Shown: positions 32,660-42,286 of the stretch, piece after piece
How positions within the stretch are numbered: position 1 is the first letter of the stretch
How the letters are laid out: the number at the start of each line of letters is the position of its first letter
DNA from: Myxococcota bacterium
GTDB taxonomy: Bacteria; Myxococcota_A; Polyangia; Polyangiales; Houyiibacteriaceae
Direction of reading: 5' to 3'
Assembly: GCA_039030295.1 (NCBI GenBank)
Contig: JBCCEK010000004.1
Span: 1 to 62,392, forward strand
Length of the DNA: 62,392 bases
Notes under the pieces: model-generated
Seen by the model: the letters and a program-made list of their open reading frames with translations, nothing else
Database searches by the model: none
What the model was told of the DNA's origin: nothing
Program-made: the position numbers and the translations under genes

Positions 32660-33643
32660 CTACTCGATCAACCAGCCCTCCGCCTCGTAAAACTCAACCG
32701 ACGCCGCAAGGGACTCGCGCAACGGACGAATCGTGTAGCCAAGCTCGCGCTCAGCCTTGTCCCTGTGGACCACGGCATTGGAGACGCTGGCACGCAGGAT
32801 GTCCGGCGTAATCATGGGTTCGGTGCGGGTCACCAAGCTCCCTGCGAGCACGAACGGAAGGACCGCCCAACCAACCCAGAGCGGCAGCACCCTAGTCGGC
32901 ATCGGTTTCCCGGTGAGCTCTCCGAAGAGCGATACCATCTCGAGGATCGGGATCACCTCACCCGTCAGGAAATAGCGCTCACCAACCCGGCCGTGCTCGG
33001 CTGCAAGGATTGCACCCTTGGCAACGTCGCGGGCATCGACGTAGTCGCTCAGAAGGTGCAGGAGAACCGGTACACGACCGAAGTACATGTCGAGCAACGC
33101 GGCGCCGATCATCGATGGCTCGTAGTCGTGAGGTCCGATCATCGAACCCGGGCTGATGATGCACGCGTCGAGTCCCCGCTCGCACGCCTCGAGTACGACG
33201 GTTTCGCCGATGGCTTTGGACCGGTGGTAGTCACACTTCTCATCGAGTGCGAGAGGGCGTTCCTCGGTCAGAGGCTGCGAAAGAGGCCTCCGCTCTACCG
33301 CGTGGTGCGAGCTCGTGTGGACCAGGCGCAGCCCTCGCAAGAGGCAAGCCTCCACCACGTTGCGAGTTCCGTCGACGTTGATCGCCGCCATCGACGGGTC
33401 TTTCTTGATGCGGAGATCGATCTTGGCGGCAAGGTGGTAGACCTGGTCGACCTCCCCCTCGAGCGCTCGCGCTACATCGCGCATCTCGAGGACCGACCCT
33501 TGAACGAACTCGATGTCCAGGCCCTCGAGCGAACGCGGTCGCTCTCCCGGTTCGAGGACCCGCACACGATCGCCCCTGTCGAGCAACTGCCGGACCAACA
33601 CGTTGCCTAGGCGGCCGCCGCCACCCGTCACCACGGTAAGCAC
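32660..33643 (-). CDS. NAD-dependent epimerase/dehydratase-family SDR
   Basis: ORF 32660..33820. Start set to GTG 33643, just before the Rossmann motif VVTGGGGRLGNVLV, because the upstream part would overlap the pgm 3' end. Catalytic YHRSK. Confidence 0.8.
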   Translation of the reverse strand: MLTVVTGGGGRLGNVLVRQLLDRGDRVRVLEPGERPRSLEGLDIEFVQGSVLEMRDVARALEGEVDQVYHLAAKIDLRIKKDPSMAAINVDGTRNVVEACLLRGLRLVHTSSHHAVERRPLSQPLTEERPLALDEKCDYHRSKAIGETVVLEACERGLDACIISPGSMIGPHDYEPSMIGAALLDMYFGRVPVLLHLLSDYVDARDVAKGAILAAEHGRVGERYFLTGEVIPILEMVSLFGELTGKPMPTRVLPLWVGWAVLPFVLAGSLVTRTEPMITPDILRASVSNAVVHRDKAERELGYTIRPLRESLAASVEFYEAEGWLIE

Positions 33644-33675
33644 GCGGCGGAGTGAAACACGATTCGCTGGGGTAC

Positions 33676-35325
33676 TCAACCAGACTCGGAGAGCTCGAAG
33701 ACTCGACCCACGAGGCGCTTGGCTTCGCTTTGGATCATCGCGAGATGCTCGCGTCCAGAGAAGCTCTCGGCGTAGATTTTGTAGACGTCCTCGGTGCCCG
33801 AAGGCCGCGCGGCAAACCACCCGCTTTCGGTTGTGACCTTCAACCCCCCCAGGGGCGCGTCGTTGTGGGGTGCGCGTGTCAGCACTTCGCGGATGGGCTC
33901 GCCTGCCAACTCATCGGCGTCGAGGCTCGAAGCGTCCATCGATTTCAGTGCGCGTTTTTGCTGTGCCGTCGCGGGCGCGTCGATGCGTTCGTAGACCGGA
34001 CTTCCGAACTCTTGCGCGAGTGCCTGGTAGCGCTCGCCCGGGTCTTGCCCGGTCGTCGCCGTGATCTCCGCCGCGAGCAGGTTCAAAAGAATGCCGTCTT
34101 TGTCAGTCGTCCACGCCCCGCCGTCTTTGCGCAGGAAGGAGGCACCCGCACTCTCTTCACCGCCGAAACCGAGGGACCCGTCGTTGAGGCCTTCGACGAA
34201 CCACTTGAACCCCACGGGAACCTCAGCGAGCTTCCGGCCGAGGCTGGCGGCGACACGATCGATCATCGCGCTGCTGACGAGGGTCTTGCCGACGGCCGCA
34301 CCTCCCGACCACTGTCGGTGCGTGAACAAGTAGTGCACCGCAACGGCCAAATAGTGGTTCGGATTGAGGAGCCCCCAACTCTGGGTGACGATCCCGTGCC
34401 GATCAAAGTCTGTGTCGTTCGCGAAGGCAATGTCGTATTGGTCGCGGTGATCGACCAAGCGCGCCATCGCGTACGGCGATGAACAGTCCATCCGGACCTT
34501 GCCGTCATGGTCGAGGGGCATGAACGAGAAAGTCGGGTCGATCTTGTCATTGACGACTTCCAGTCGGAGCCGATAGCGCTCAGCAATCCGTGGCCAGTAG
34601 GCGACGCCCGCCCCTCCCATCGGGTCCGCACCAATTCGGAGGCCGGACTCCGACACCGCCTCGAGGTCGATCGCCGCGCCAAGGGCCTCGACGTACGGCG
34701 ATAGGAAGTCGTGAAAGTGTGTGGTGTCGGCCGCCAACGCCGCTTCGAGTCCAACCCGTCGAACGTCTCGAAGGCCGTCGGCAAGCAACTGATTGGCTCG
34801 GCGCTCGATCCAGCCGGTCACCTCGGTATCGGCGGGGCCGCCGTGCGGCGGATTGTATTTGAAGCCCCCGTCTTCGGGTGGGTTGTGTGACGGAGTGACG
34901 ACGATTCCGTCTGCCTCCCTTGCGTGATTCCGGTTGTACTCGAGAATCGCGAAGGACACTGCAGGCGTTGGGGTGAAGTGCCCCTCTCTGGCGCAACACA
35001 CCTCCACCGAGTTGGCCGCAAGGACCTCGAGGGCTGTCCGACTCGCCGGCGCCGACAGAGCATGCGTGTCGATCCCGATGAAGAGAGGACCGTCGATGCC
35101 CTCGGCCACGCGGTAGTCGCAGATCGCCTGAGTGGTGGCGAGGATGTGCGCCTCGTTGAAGCTCAGTCGTAATGATGAGCCACGGTGCCCAGACGTTCCG
35201 AAACTGACGCGCTGGGCAGGCTCATTGGGATCGGGAGCTTCGTCGAAGTACGCCCGAAGGAGCGCGTCGACATCGACGAGCATCTCTTTGGGCACGACGC
35301 TTCCGGCAAGCGGGTGCACGGGCAT
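33676..35325 (-). CDS. pgm: phosphoglucomutase (alpha-D-glucose phosphate-specific)
   Basis: ORF trimmed to ATG 35325 (MPVHPLAG..). Active-site loop [15 protein letters not shown] and metal loop [11 protein letters not shown]. Confidence 0.93.
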   Translation of the reverse strand: MPVHPLAGSVVPKEMLVDVDALLRAYFDEAPDPNEPAQRVSFGTSGHRGSSLRLSFNEAHILATTQAICDYRVAEGIDGPLFIGIDTHALSAPASRTALEVLAANSVEVCCAREGHFTPTPAVSFAILEYNRNHAREADGIVVTPSHNPPEDGGFKYNPPHGGPADTEVTGWIERRANQLLADGLRDVRRVGLEAALAADTTHFHDFLSPYVEALGAAIDLEAVSESGLRIGADPMGGAGVAYWPRIAERYRLRLEVVNDKIDPTFSFMPLDHDGKVRMDCSSPYAMARLVDHRDQYDIAFANDTDFDRHGIVTQSWGLLNPNHYLAVAVHYLFTHRQWSGGAAVGKTLVSSAMIDRVAASLGRKLAEVPVGFKWFVEGLNDGSLGFGGEESAGASFLRKDGGAWTTDKDGILLNLLAAEITATTGQDPGERYQALAQEFGSPVYERIDAPATAQQKRALKSMDASSLDADELAGEPIREVLTRAPHNDAPLGGLKVTTESGWFAARPSGTEDVYKIYAESFSGREHLAMIQSEAKRLVGRVFELSESG

Positions 35326-35332
35326 CGGCGGT

Positions 35333-35812
35333 TTAGTTGGTCCCTTCGCCCATCTGTTCAGAGAGATAGCGCTCCGGCCCGATCGTCTTGACCAGGTGGA
35401 GCTGCGTTTCGAGCCAGTCGATGCCCTCCTCCTCTTGCTGGAGGATTCCTTCGAGGAGTTCGCGCGTGCCGTTGTCTCCGTGCTCGCGCGCGAGGGCGAT
35501 CCCTTCGTTGAGTCGGCGGACAGCTTCAAACTCGAGCTCGAGGTCGAGCTTGTGCTGTTCGATCGGATCCTCGCCGACTTTGACCGGGAAGTAACGCTGC
35601 ATGTTTGGAACGCCATCGAGGAAGAGGATCCTCGCGATCACGGCGTCAGCGTGTTTCATTTCCTCGATCGATTCCTCACGCTTCTTGGCGGACAAGACAT
35701 GAAACCCCCAGTCCTCGCACATCTTGTGATGAATGAAGTACTGGTTGATCGCAGTCAGCTCCGAAGTGAGGACCTGGTTGAGTAGCTCGATGACGTCTTT
35801 GTTGCCCTGCAT
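35333..35812 (-). CDS. bfr: bacterioferritin
   Basis: [37 protein letters not shown]; 159 aa. Confidence 0.95.
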   Translation of the reverse strand: MQGNKDVIELLNQVLTSELTAINQYFIHHKMCEDWGFHVLSAKKREESIEEMKHADAVIARILFLDGVPNMQRYFPVKVGEDPIEQHKLDLELEFEAVRRLNEGIALAREHGDNGTRELLEGILQQEEEGIDWLETQLHLVKTIGPERYLSEQMGEGTN

Positions 35813-35868
35813 GCTCGATTCCTTCGTGCGAGCATAAGGACGCGGCTTGGGTGTGGCAAACCCAATGC

Positions 35869-35890
35869 GTGAAGTTGAAATGCGTTATCA
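35869..35890 (-). promoter_or_regulatory. Fur-box-like AT-rich site upstream of bfr
   Basis: The minus strand reads TGATAACGCATTTCAACTTCAC. It shares the 10-mer TTTCAACTTC (plus strand GAAGTTGAAA, 35871-35880) with the bfd upstream region. Confidence 0.4.
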
Positions 35891-35892
35891 CT

Positions 35893-36090
35893 TCAAGTGC
35901 GTGTGTGTGCACGCGCCGTGGTCTCCGCACTGTCTTGCGACTGGATCAAACGATCGATGATCGGCCGGCAACCGCCGCACGCGCCGCCCGCGCCACAGGC
36001 CTCGCGGACTTCGCTTCCGCTTCGTGCGCCCTCGGCAACGCAGCGGCGGATCGTGGTGTCGTTGACGGCATGGCAGTGGCACACGAGCAT
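35893..36090 (-). CDS. bfd: bacterioferritin-associated ferredoxin ([2Fe-2S])
   Basis: 65 aa with MLVCHCHAV..CGAGGACGGC cysteine pattern. Confidence 0.85.
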   Translation of the reverse strand: MLVCHCHAVNDTTIRRCVAEGARSGSEVREACGAGGACGGCRPIIDRLIQSQDSAETTARAHTRT

Positions 36091-36109
36091 GTCTTCTTTA
36101 TAGATGTTG

Positions 36110-36134
36110 GAAGTTGAAAATCAAATTCAATATT
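36110..36134 (-). promoter_or_regulatory. Fur-box-like AT-rich site upstream of bfd
   Basis: The minus strand reads AATATTGAATTTGATTTTCAACTTC. That is three (A/G)AT(A/T)TT hexamers, 12/19 to the E. coli Fur consensus by my count. The same 10-mer GAAGTTGAAA sits at 36110-36119. Confidence 0.45.
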
Positions 36135-36176
36135 GCCCGAGGCGCGAAAGAACACGAACTCCCGGCTCAACTTGGC

Positions 36177-37190
36177 CTATTCGGCTGCGTTTTCAGGTAG
36201 TTCCGCAGCCCGAGCCACCGTCCCCTGAGCGACGTCTCCGGGATCCAGCGCGGAAAGCCCGGCGTCCCGCAAGAGCGCGAGGTCGGCTTCGTGATCGGGA
36301 TTGCCCGTAGTCAGGAGCTTGTCGCCGAAGAAGATACTGTTGGCACCCGCCATGAAACACAGAAGCTGGGCCTCTCGGTTGAGTTCGCTGCGGCCCGCGG
36401 AGAGGCGAACGCGTGCGGCGGGGATCATGATGCGCGCGACCGCGCACAGCCGTACGAGCTCGAGCGACTCGACTGGATCCTGATCGGCGAGGGGTGTCCC
36501 TTCGACACGGACCAACGCATTGATCGGTACGCTCTCTGGCTGAGGCGAGAGATTGGCCAGGGTGACGAGCATGCCGATGCGATCGACGATGCCCTCCCCC
36601 ATCCCGATGATACCCCCCGCGCACACGGAAATCCCGGCGTCGGCAACGCGCTGGATCGTTTGCAGCCGGTCGGCGTAGGTCCGCGTCGTGATGATCTCGC
36701 CGTAGTAGTCTTCGGAAGTGTCCAGATTGTGGTTGTAGGCCGTGAGACCAGCGTCTTTGAGTTGTTGGGTTTGCTCATCGTCGAGCATCCCGAGGGTGGC
36801 GCAGGCCTCGAGGCCGAGCGCACGAACACCGCGTACCATCTCGAGCACGCGATTGAACTGCTCGCTTCCCTTCTTGGGGCTGCGCCACGCGGCGCCCATG
36901 CAAAAACGACTGGCGCCGGCATCCTTGGCCTGTCGTGCTTTGCTCAGGACCTCGGAGACATCCATGAGTCGCTCCGCCTCGACGCCCGTGTCGTAGCGAG
37001 CGCTCTGAGGACAATACGCGCAGTCTTCAGGGCAGGCGCCGGTCTTGATGGAGAGCAGCGTACACAGCTGCACCGAATCGGGCGGTTGATGGGCGCGATG
37101 GACCTCCTGAGCACGAAAGAGGAGATCGGTCAGCGGGAGGTCGTACAGTTCCCGCGCCTGTTCGCGCGTCCAATACTGGGCTTCGGTCAT
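36177..37190 (-). CDS. bioB: biotin synthase
   Basis: Radical-SAM motif [11 protein letters not shown]; family similarity across 337 aa. Confidence 0.95.
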   Translation of the reverse strand: MTEAQYWTREQARELYDLPLTDLLFRAQEVHRAHQPPDSVQLCTLLSIKTGACPEDCAYCPQSARYDTGVEAERLMDVSEVLSKARQAKDAGASRFCMGAAWRSPKKGSEQFNRVLEMVRGVRALGLEACATLGMLDDEQTQQLKDAGLTAYNHNLDTSEDYYGEIITTRTYADRLQTIQRVADAGISVCAGGIIGMGEGIVDRIGMLVTLANLSPQPESVPINALVRVEGTPLADQDPVESLELVRLCAVARIMIPAARVRLSAGRSELNREAQLLCFMAGANSIFFGDKLLTTGNPDHEADLALLRDAGLSALDPGDVAQGTVARAAELPENAAE

Positions 37191-37293
37191 GACGCGGTGT
37201 CTTAGCGCCTGCGCGCGTAGCGGCGCAAGGTGAGGTCGCTACGGCTGGGCAGCGCCTTGAAACACCCGAAACTGGGACTACGTTGCGGGCACC

Positions 37294-38349
37294 TTGTCCG
37301 AAGGCCTCGACTCAGCCCTCCCCGCCGTGGCGAGCACGGAACCCTCCGCGCGGCGTCGATCGTGGCCTCTCGGACTGGCTCCACCCCTCACGTGGATGGC
37401 CGTCGTCGGATGCGCGGCTGATTTGGTCATCAACCGGGTGCTCCTCCGGTCGTCGAACGAAACGCTTTCGCAAGAAGCGTTCTTCGCCCTCGATCGTGCG
37501 GGCGCGTTCAGCCGAAACCTCGCGGCCGTCAGCGCACTGATTGCGGTCGCCATCTGCCTTGCCGCGTTCGGCTCTCGCAAGAGTGGTCTCCCGCTCTCGG
37601 CCAGAATCGGCATCCTCGGCTTCGGCTGGGCCTTCGTCCCGATCGTCACGCTGATGACCTTCTTGCCGTTGGCTTGGACCCGCGTCGAGCTCGTCCTCAT
37701 CGTGGCGGGCCTTGCCCATGCCCTCATCCTTCTCGTCATCCTCGCGGGGATCCACTGGCGCTCGACCAAGCCTGTCTCGGCCGCGTTGGGGCTTCTCATG
37801 GTCGCCTACGTCAGTGGCATCGCCTCCTTGATCGTCAGCCTGGCCGGCGGACGGGTCATGTGGGAACACACCGAACGGCTAGCCTTTGCGTTCCGCTGGT
37901 CGGGAGAGCTCGCGTACTTGGCCGCCGCGTTCGCACTCGTGCCGACTCTTGGAATTCGGTGGGGTGAAGCACGGGGAAGGTGGCGCGGCCTCGCGGCGGT
38001 CGCCGGATTCGTGGCCGTCTGTGCCGCGGTCTTCGTGTGGCGGCAAGCTGCGGGCAACGAGCTTCCGGACCTGTTCTATGGAGCGCTCCGTCTCGACCTG
38101 TTCGCCGAGTACGGCAACGTCATGTGGTACGCCGTACCGCTTGGGGTTCTCGGGGGCGTGAGTGTCGCTGCAACCTTGTCCGAAGACCCCACGCAGCGAC
38201 AGCTTGGCGCGGCGCTCCTGCTCCTCTTGTTCACCGGGTACACGCCGCGGACCCCGTTGGCGCTCTTGACTTCAGTCTTGGCGGTCGCGCTGATCGCACG
38301 CGTCGCCCTGTCGCTGGCCCACCGCCGAGCCGACGGCCAGGCACCGTGA
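37294..38349 (+). CDS. hypothetical polytopic membrane protein
   Basis: Many hydrophobic helices and no family recognised. The track start is TTG 37294; ATG 37396 (MAVVGC..) is an alternative. Confidence 0.55.
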   Translation: MSEGLDSALPAVASTEPSARRRSWPLGLAPPLTWMAVVGCAADLVINRVLLRSSNETLSQEAFFALDRAGAFSRNLAAVSALIAVAICLAAFGSRKSGLPLSARIGILGFGWAFVPIVTLMTFLPLAWTRVELVLIVAGLAHALILLVILAGIHWRSTKPVSAALGLLMVAYVSGIASLIVSLAGGRVMWEHTERLAFAFRWSGELAYLAAAFALVPTLGIRWGEARGRWRGLAAVAGFVAVCAAVFVWRQAAGNELPDLFYGALRLDLFAEYGNVMWYAVPLGVLGGVSVAATLSEDPTQRQLGAALLLLLFTGYTPRTPLALLTSVLAVALIARVALSLAHRRADGQAP

Positions 38350-38402
38350 GACTGCCGCAAGCATCCTCAAAAGACCCGCGGCGGATCAGTTCGAGGTGAG
38401 TG

Positions 38403-39611
38403 CTACGCGAGCTTCGACACGGCTTCGCCCATGCGGGAGAGGCCTTCACGAATCATATCGTTGGAAGCCGCGTACGAGATCCGCACGTACCCCGGCGCAC
38501 CGAACGCGGTCCCTGGAACGACCGCGCAGCGCGCCTCTTCAAGCAGGTAGCCGGCAACGTCGAGATCGGTCTCGAGGAGCTGATCGCCAGCTCGCTTCCC
38601 GATGAGGCCGGAAACGCTCGCAAACGCATAGAAAGCCCCCTCCGGAAGACGACATGACATGCCGTCGATCGCGTTGATGCCATCGATGATGATGGTCCGA
38701 CGTGCTTCGAACGCCTGCCGCATCTCTTCGATCGGTGCCCATGGACCGCGCAGCGCGGCAATTGCCGCGTGCTGTGCGACCGCGGCAGGATTGGTTGTCG
38801 CCTGCCCCTGTATCTTGTCGCATGCCTTGGCCACGTAGTCCGGGCCGAGCATCCAACCGATCCGCCAACCGGTCATGGCGAACGTCTTGCTGACCCCGTC
38901 GACGATGATGATGCGATCGCGCAGTTCCGGAGCCACCTCGAGGATCGACTTCTGCTCGAAGTCTCCGTAGACCAGCTGACCGTAGATCTCGTCCACGATG
39001 ATCCAGAACGAATGCTCGGCGGCCACGTCGGCGAGCGCACGAAGGTCGGCCGCCGAATACGCTGCACCGGTCGGGTTCGACGGCGAGCACAGGATCAGAG
39101 CTTTGGTCTTCGGCGTGATCGCGGCACGCAGGGCCTCGCTGGTGACGCGGAAGCCTTGTTCTTCGGTCGTGTCGATGATCACTGGCGTCGCCCCCGCGAG
39201 CCGTACCTGCTCTGGGTAGCTGACCCAGTAGGGCGCCGGGATGAGAATCTCGTCGCCTTCGTCGTAGAGCGCGAGAGCCAAGTTGAAAAGCGTGTGCTTC
39301 GCGCCGACCGAAACGACGACACCGGTTGGATCGTGAGTCACGCCTCCGCGCCGGGCGGCCGAGGTCTCGCAGATCGCGTCGCGCAGTTCCACGATGCCTC
39401 GTGCGGCCGTGTAGCGCGTCGCCCCCTCGTCGATCGACTTCTTGGCCGCTTCGATGATGTGGGCGGGCGTGTCGAAGTCGGGTTCTCCGACACTGAAGGA
39501 GAGGACGTCGATCCCCTGCGCTTTCAGCTCCCGCGCGCGCTGCGCGACGGCGACGGTGGCGGACGGTTTGACGGCACTAAGCCGCTCGGCGACTGGAATG
39601 CTCTCGGTCAT
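38403..39611 (-). CDS. class I pyridoxal-phosphate aminotransferase (aspartate aminotransferase-like)
   Basis: ORF trimmed to ATG 39611 (MTESIPVAERL..). SVGEPDFDTP and PLP-lysine context GVSKTFAMTGWRIGW. Confidence 0.9.
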   Translation of the reverse strand: MTESIPVAERLSAVKPSATVAVAQRARELKAQGIDVLSFSVGEPDFDTPAHIIEAAKKSIDEGATRYTAARGIVELRDAICETSAARRGGVTHDPTGVVVSVGAKHTLFNLALALYDEGDEILIPAPYWVSYPEQVRLAGATPVIIDTTEEQGFRVTSEALRAAITPKTKALILCSPSNPTGAAYSAADLRALADVAAEHSFWIIVDEIYGQLVYGDFEQKSILEVAPELRDRIIIVDGVSKTFAMTGWRIGWMLGPDYVAKACDKIQGQATTNPAAVAQHAAIAALRGPWAPIEEMRQAFEARRTIIIDGINAIDGMSCRLPEGAFYAFASVSGLIGKRAGDQLLETDLDVAGYLLEEARCAVVPGTAFGAPGYVRISYAASNDMIREGLSRMGEAVSKLA

Positions 39612-39642
39612 TCGGCGCCAATAACACCGAACCCTGGCGGCA

Positions 39643-40239
39643 TCAACGGGCCGCGGTACGATTCGTAGCCACGAAGCGGAGGTCTCGCTCGAGCTCGGCG
39701 ATCCCGTCGTTGTTGGCGCGATAGTACCCACGGACCTGCGCCTGATCGTCGACCAGGACGAAGTGGTTCGAGTGCATGACCGCCTCACTTGCCGAGGATC
39801 CGTCCCCTTCGGCGAGCCCAACCTTGAACCCATTGCGGACAACATCGACGATGACGTCCTGTTCGCCGGTCACGAACCGCCAATTGACCTCGGAAAGGTC
39901 GTTGTCGGTCATGTAGGCCTTGATCACTTCAGGGGTGTCGTTCCGGGGGTCGACGCTCACGGACAGGAACTCGACGTCAGGAACGTCCCCAAGTCGGGTC
40001 TGAAGCCCCTTCATGTGCGCGGTGAGCCGAGGACAGCTCGACTTGCAGTGCGTGAAGATGAAGTCGGCCACCCAGACGCGGCCGTCCAGGGCGTCGCGTT
40101 CGAACGCCTCGCCGTTCTGATCGACCAGCGAGAACGACCCGATCTGGCTCAGCACAGGAGGAGGATCGACCTTCTTGGTGCACCCCACCACTGGCAGCAG
40201 CGCCGCGACGAAGACGAGCGACCGAAGCCTACAGCGCAT
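39643..40239 (-). CDS. SCO1/SenC-family copper chaperone lipoprotein
   Basis: ORF trimmed to ATG 40239 (MRCRLRSLVFVAALLPVVGC lipobox). CxxxC motif FTHCKSSCP and downstream His (MHSNHFVLVD). Confidence 0.88.
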   Translation of the reverse strand: MRCRLRSLVFVAALLPVVGCTKKVDPPPVLSQIGSFSLVDQNGEAFERDALDGRVWVADFIFTHCKSSCPRLTAHMKGLQTRLGDVPDVEFLSVSVDPRNDTPEVIKAYMTDNDLSEVNWRFVTGEQDVIVDVVRNGFKVGLAEGDGSSASEAVMHSNHFVLVDDQAQVRGYYRANNDGIAELERDLRFVATNRTAAR

Positions 40240-41110
40240 CGACGATGAGCGCCGCGAACAGCACGGTGAGGTAGATGAGGGAGCCGACGAAGAGCTTCTT
40301 GGCCCAGACCTTGGAGTCTGGCGCCCGAAAGCCTCGGAGAGACTCGGCGAAGAACAAACCGCCCGCGACGACCGCCGTCGCCAAGTAGATCGGGCCCGCC
40401 AAGCCATACGGCACCAACAGGATGGACACGCCCCATAGGGCGAAGCTGTAGGCCGCCGCCTGGACTTTGGCCGACTCTATGCCCCGGACCGACGGCAGTA
40501 CCTTGAGGCCGGCGCGCTCGTATTCCTCCTGGCGGAAGATCGAAATCGCGATGAAGTGGGGGATCTGCCAGAAGAACAGGATGCCGAAGAGGACGAGGCC
40601 CGGCGCGTCGATGGTGCCCGTGACGGCGGTCCACCCCATCAGCGGGGGGAGCGCCCCAGGAATTGCCCCGACGAAAAGCGCGGCGGGCGTCCACTGCTTC
40701 ATCGGCGTGTAGATGGCGACGTAGCTGAGCAGAGCGATGAGGCCGAGGAAGCCGGTCATCGGGTTTACGGCCGTCCACAAGATCGGAACCGAGAGCAGCC
40801 CCATGCCAATGCCAAGGACCAGGGCCCAGGCGGGCTGAAGCCGGCCGTCGGGGAGCGGACGGTTCGCGGTACGCGCCATCAGTCGGTCGCTATCGCGCTC
40901 GAGGTAGCAGTTGAGCGCATTTGCGGCGCCCACGACCATGGCCGTGGTGACGAGCATGACCGTCATCGAGCGAAGGCTCAGCGAGCCCGGCGCCATCCAC
41001 ATGCCACCGGCGGCCGTTACCAGTACCATCAACGTGATACGTGGCTTGGTGAGCGCGATGAGGTCGCGCACCGTGAGCAGTGCAGTGGCTGGTCGAGTCG
41101 CAGCGGTCAT
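40229..41110 (-). CDS. ctaB: protohaem IX farnesyltransferase (haem O synthase)
   Basis: UbiA-type motif NCYLERDSDRLMARTANRPLPDGRL. Polytopic. 11-nt overlap with the sco start. Confidence 0.93.
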   Translation of the reverse strand: MTAATRPATALLTVRDLIALTKPRITLMVLVTAAGGMWMAPGSLSLRSMTVMLVTTAMVVGAANALNCYLERDSDRLMARTANRPLPDGRLQPAWALVLGIGMGLLSVPILWTAVNPMTGFLGLIALLSYVAIYTPMKQWTPAALFVGAIPGALPPLMGWTAVTGTIDAPGLVLFGILFFWQIPHFIAISIFRQEEYERAGLKVLPSVRGIESAKVQAAAYSFALWGVSILLVPYGLAGPIYLATAVVAGGLFFAESLRGFRAPDSKVWAKKLFVGSLIYLTVLFAALIVDAL

Positions 41111-41203
41111 AGGGACTTCGCCTCGGACGGTCGCCCACTCTGACGCCGGGTCGAAAGCAGGTCAAGCTCCGTCAAAGGCGGGTAGGGTCAGGCCCCCAGG
41201 CGG

Positions 41204-42286
41204 TCAAGAACCGCGGCCGAAAGAGGCCCAAAGGGCCACGGCGCCGGCCAGGGCGAGGATGATGCCGATGCCGAGAACCAGCCAGGAGCCCCGCTGCTGC
41301 GATTGCGGCTGCGAATAATCGTGGCGAACGGGCGGAGGTGGTTCGAAGGACTCTGCGCTTTCAACCGGGGGCGCCGGCGCGGGAAGGCTCACAGGAGCGA
41401 CCACATCCTGGCTCTCGCGAGGTGCGACGACGGCTTCGAGGGCGATCGCGAACTCAGCGGCTGAGGCGTAGCGGTCCTCGGGTGCTTTCTCGAGGGCCTT
41501 CATGACCGCGGCCTCGAGGCCTGGGGGGTAGTCGATGTCGGGCCGGCGCTCTTCGAGAGGGATCGGCTCGGCGTTGACGTGGAGGTCGATGAATTCGATC
41601 GGCTGTTTGGCGTCGAACGGGAGCTTCCCGGTCAGCAGCTCGTAGAGGATGATCCCAAGCGAGTAGATGTCGGATCGCGCATCGAGCGTTTTACCGTGGG
41701 CTTGCTCTGGGCTCATGAACTCCGGTGTTCCGAAGACCATTCCCTGCTGCGTCAGGACCATCGACCCTGGTCGCATCTGCCTCTCGGTGACCTTGGCCAG
41801 CCCGAAATCGAGGACCTTGGGGAAGTCGGCGATCCCTCCTTGCGTCGTGATGAAGATGTTCTCGGGCTTCAGGTCGCGATGGACGATCCCCGCCTGGTGG
41901 GCCTCTTCGAGCGCCCCACAGACCTGGACCATGATCCGGACGGCGCGCTCGGGACTCATCGCACCCTCGGCCCGGACCCGCTGTGCCAGATTACTGCCGA
42001 CCAGGTGCTCCATGACGAAGTAGCAGGCGCCGTCGTCGAGCTGCCCGTAAAGGAAGACGCGAGCGGTGTTGGGATGGGAGAGCTGACTCATCGCCCGCGC
42101 CTCTCTCCGAAAGCGGGACACCAAGTCGCTGCGAGAAAGGTAGCGAGAGTGCAGGATCTTGATCGCGACATTGCGATTCATGTCGGGCTGCTCGGCACGG
42201 TAGACGGCACCCATGCCGCCTTTGCCGATCTTCTCGACGATACGGAACTGCCCGGCCACCTCTTTGCCCAGATAGGACTCGCTCAC
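41204..42286 (-). CDS. Hanks-type Ser/Thr protein kinase with C-terminal transmembrane anchor
   Basis: GKGGMGAVYRA, VAIK, HRDLKPEN, DFGLAK, FMSPEQ. Pro-rich linker. C-terminal helix WLVLGIGIILALAGAVALWASF. The GTG start overlaps the ctaA stop (GTGA). Confidence 0.9.
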   Translation of the reverse strand: MSESYLGKEVAGQFRIVEKIGKGGMGAVYRAEQPDMNRNVAIKILHSRYLSRSDLVSRFRREARAMSQLSHPNTARVFLYGQLDDGACYFVMEHLVGSNLAQRVRAEGAMSPERAVRIMVQVCGALEEAHQAGIVHRDLKPENIFITTQGGIADFPKVLDFGLAKVTERQMRPGSMVLTQQGMVFGTPEFMSPEQAHGKTLDARSDIYSLGIILYELLTGKLPFDAKQPIEFIDLHVNAEPIPLEERRPDIDYPPGLEAAVMKALEKAPEDRYASAAEFAIALEAVVAPRESQDVVAPVSLPAPAPPVESAESFEPPPPVRHDYSQPQSQQRGSWLVLGIGIILALAGAVALWASFGRGS

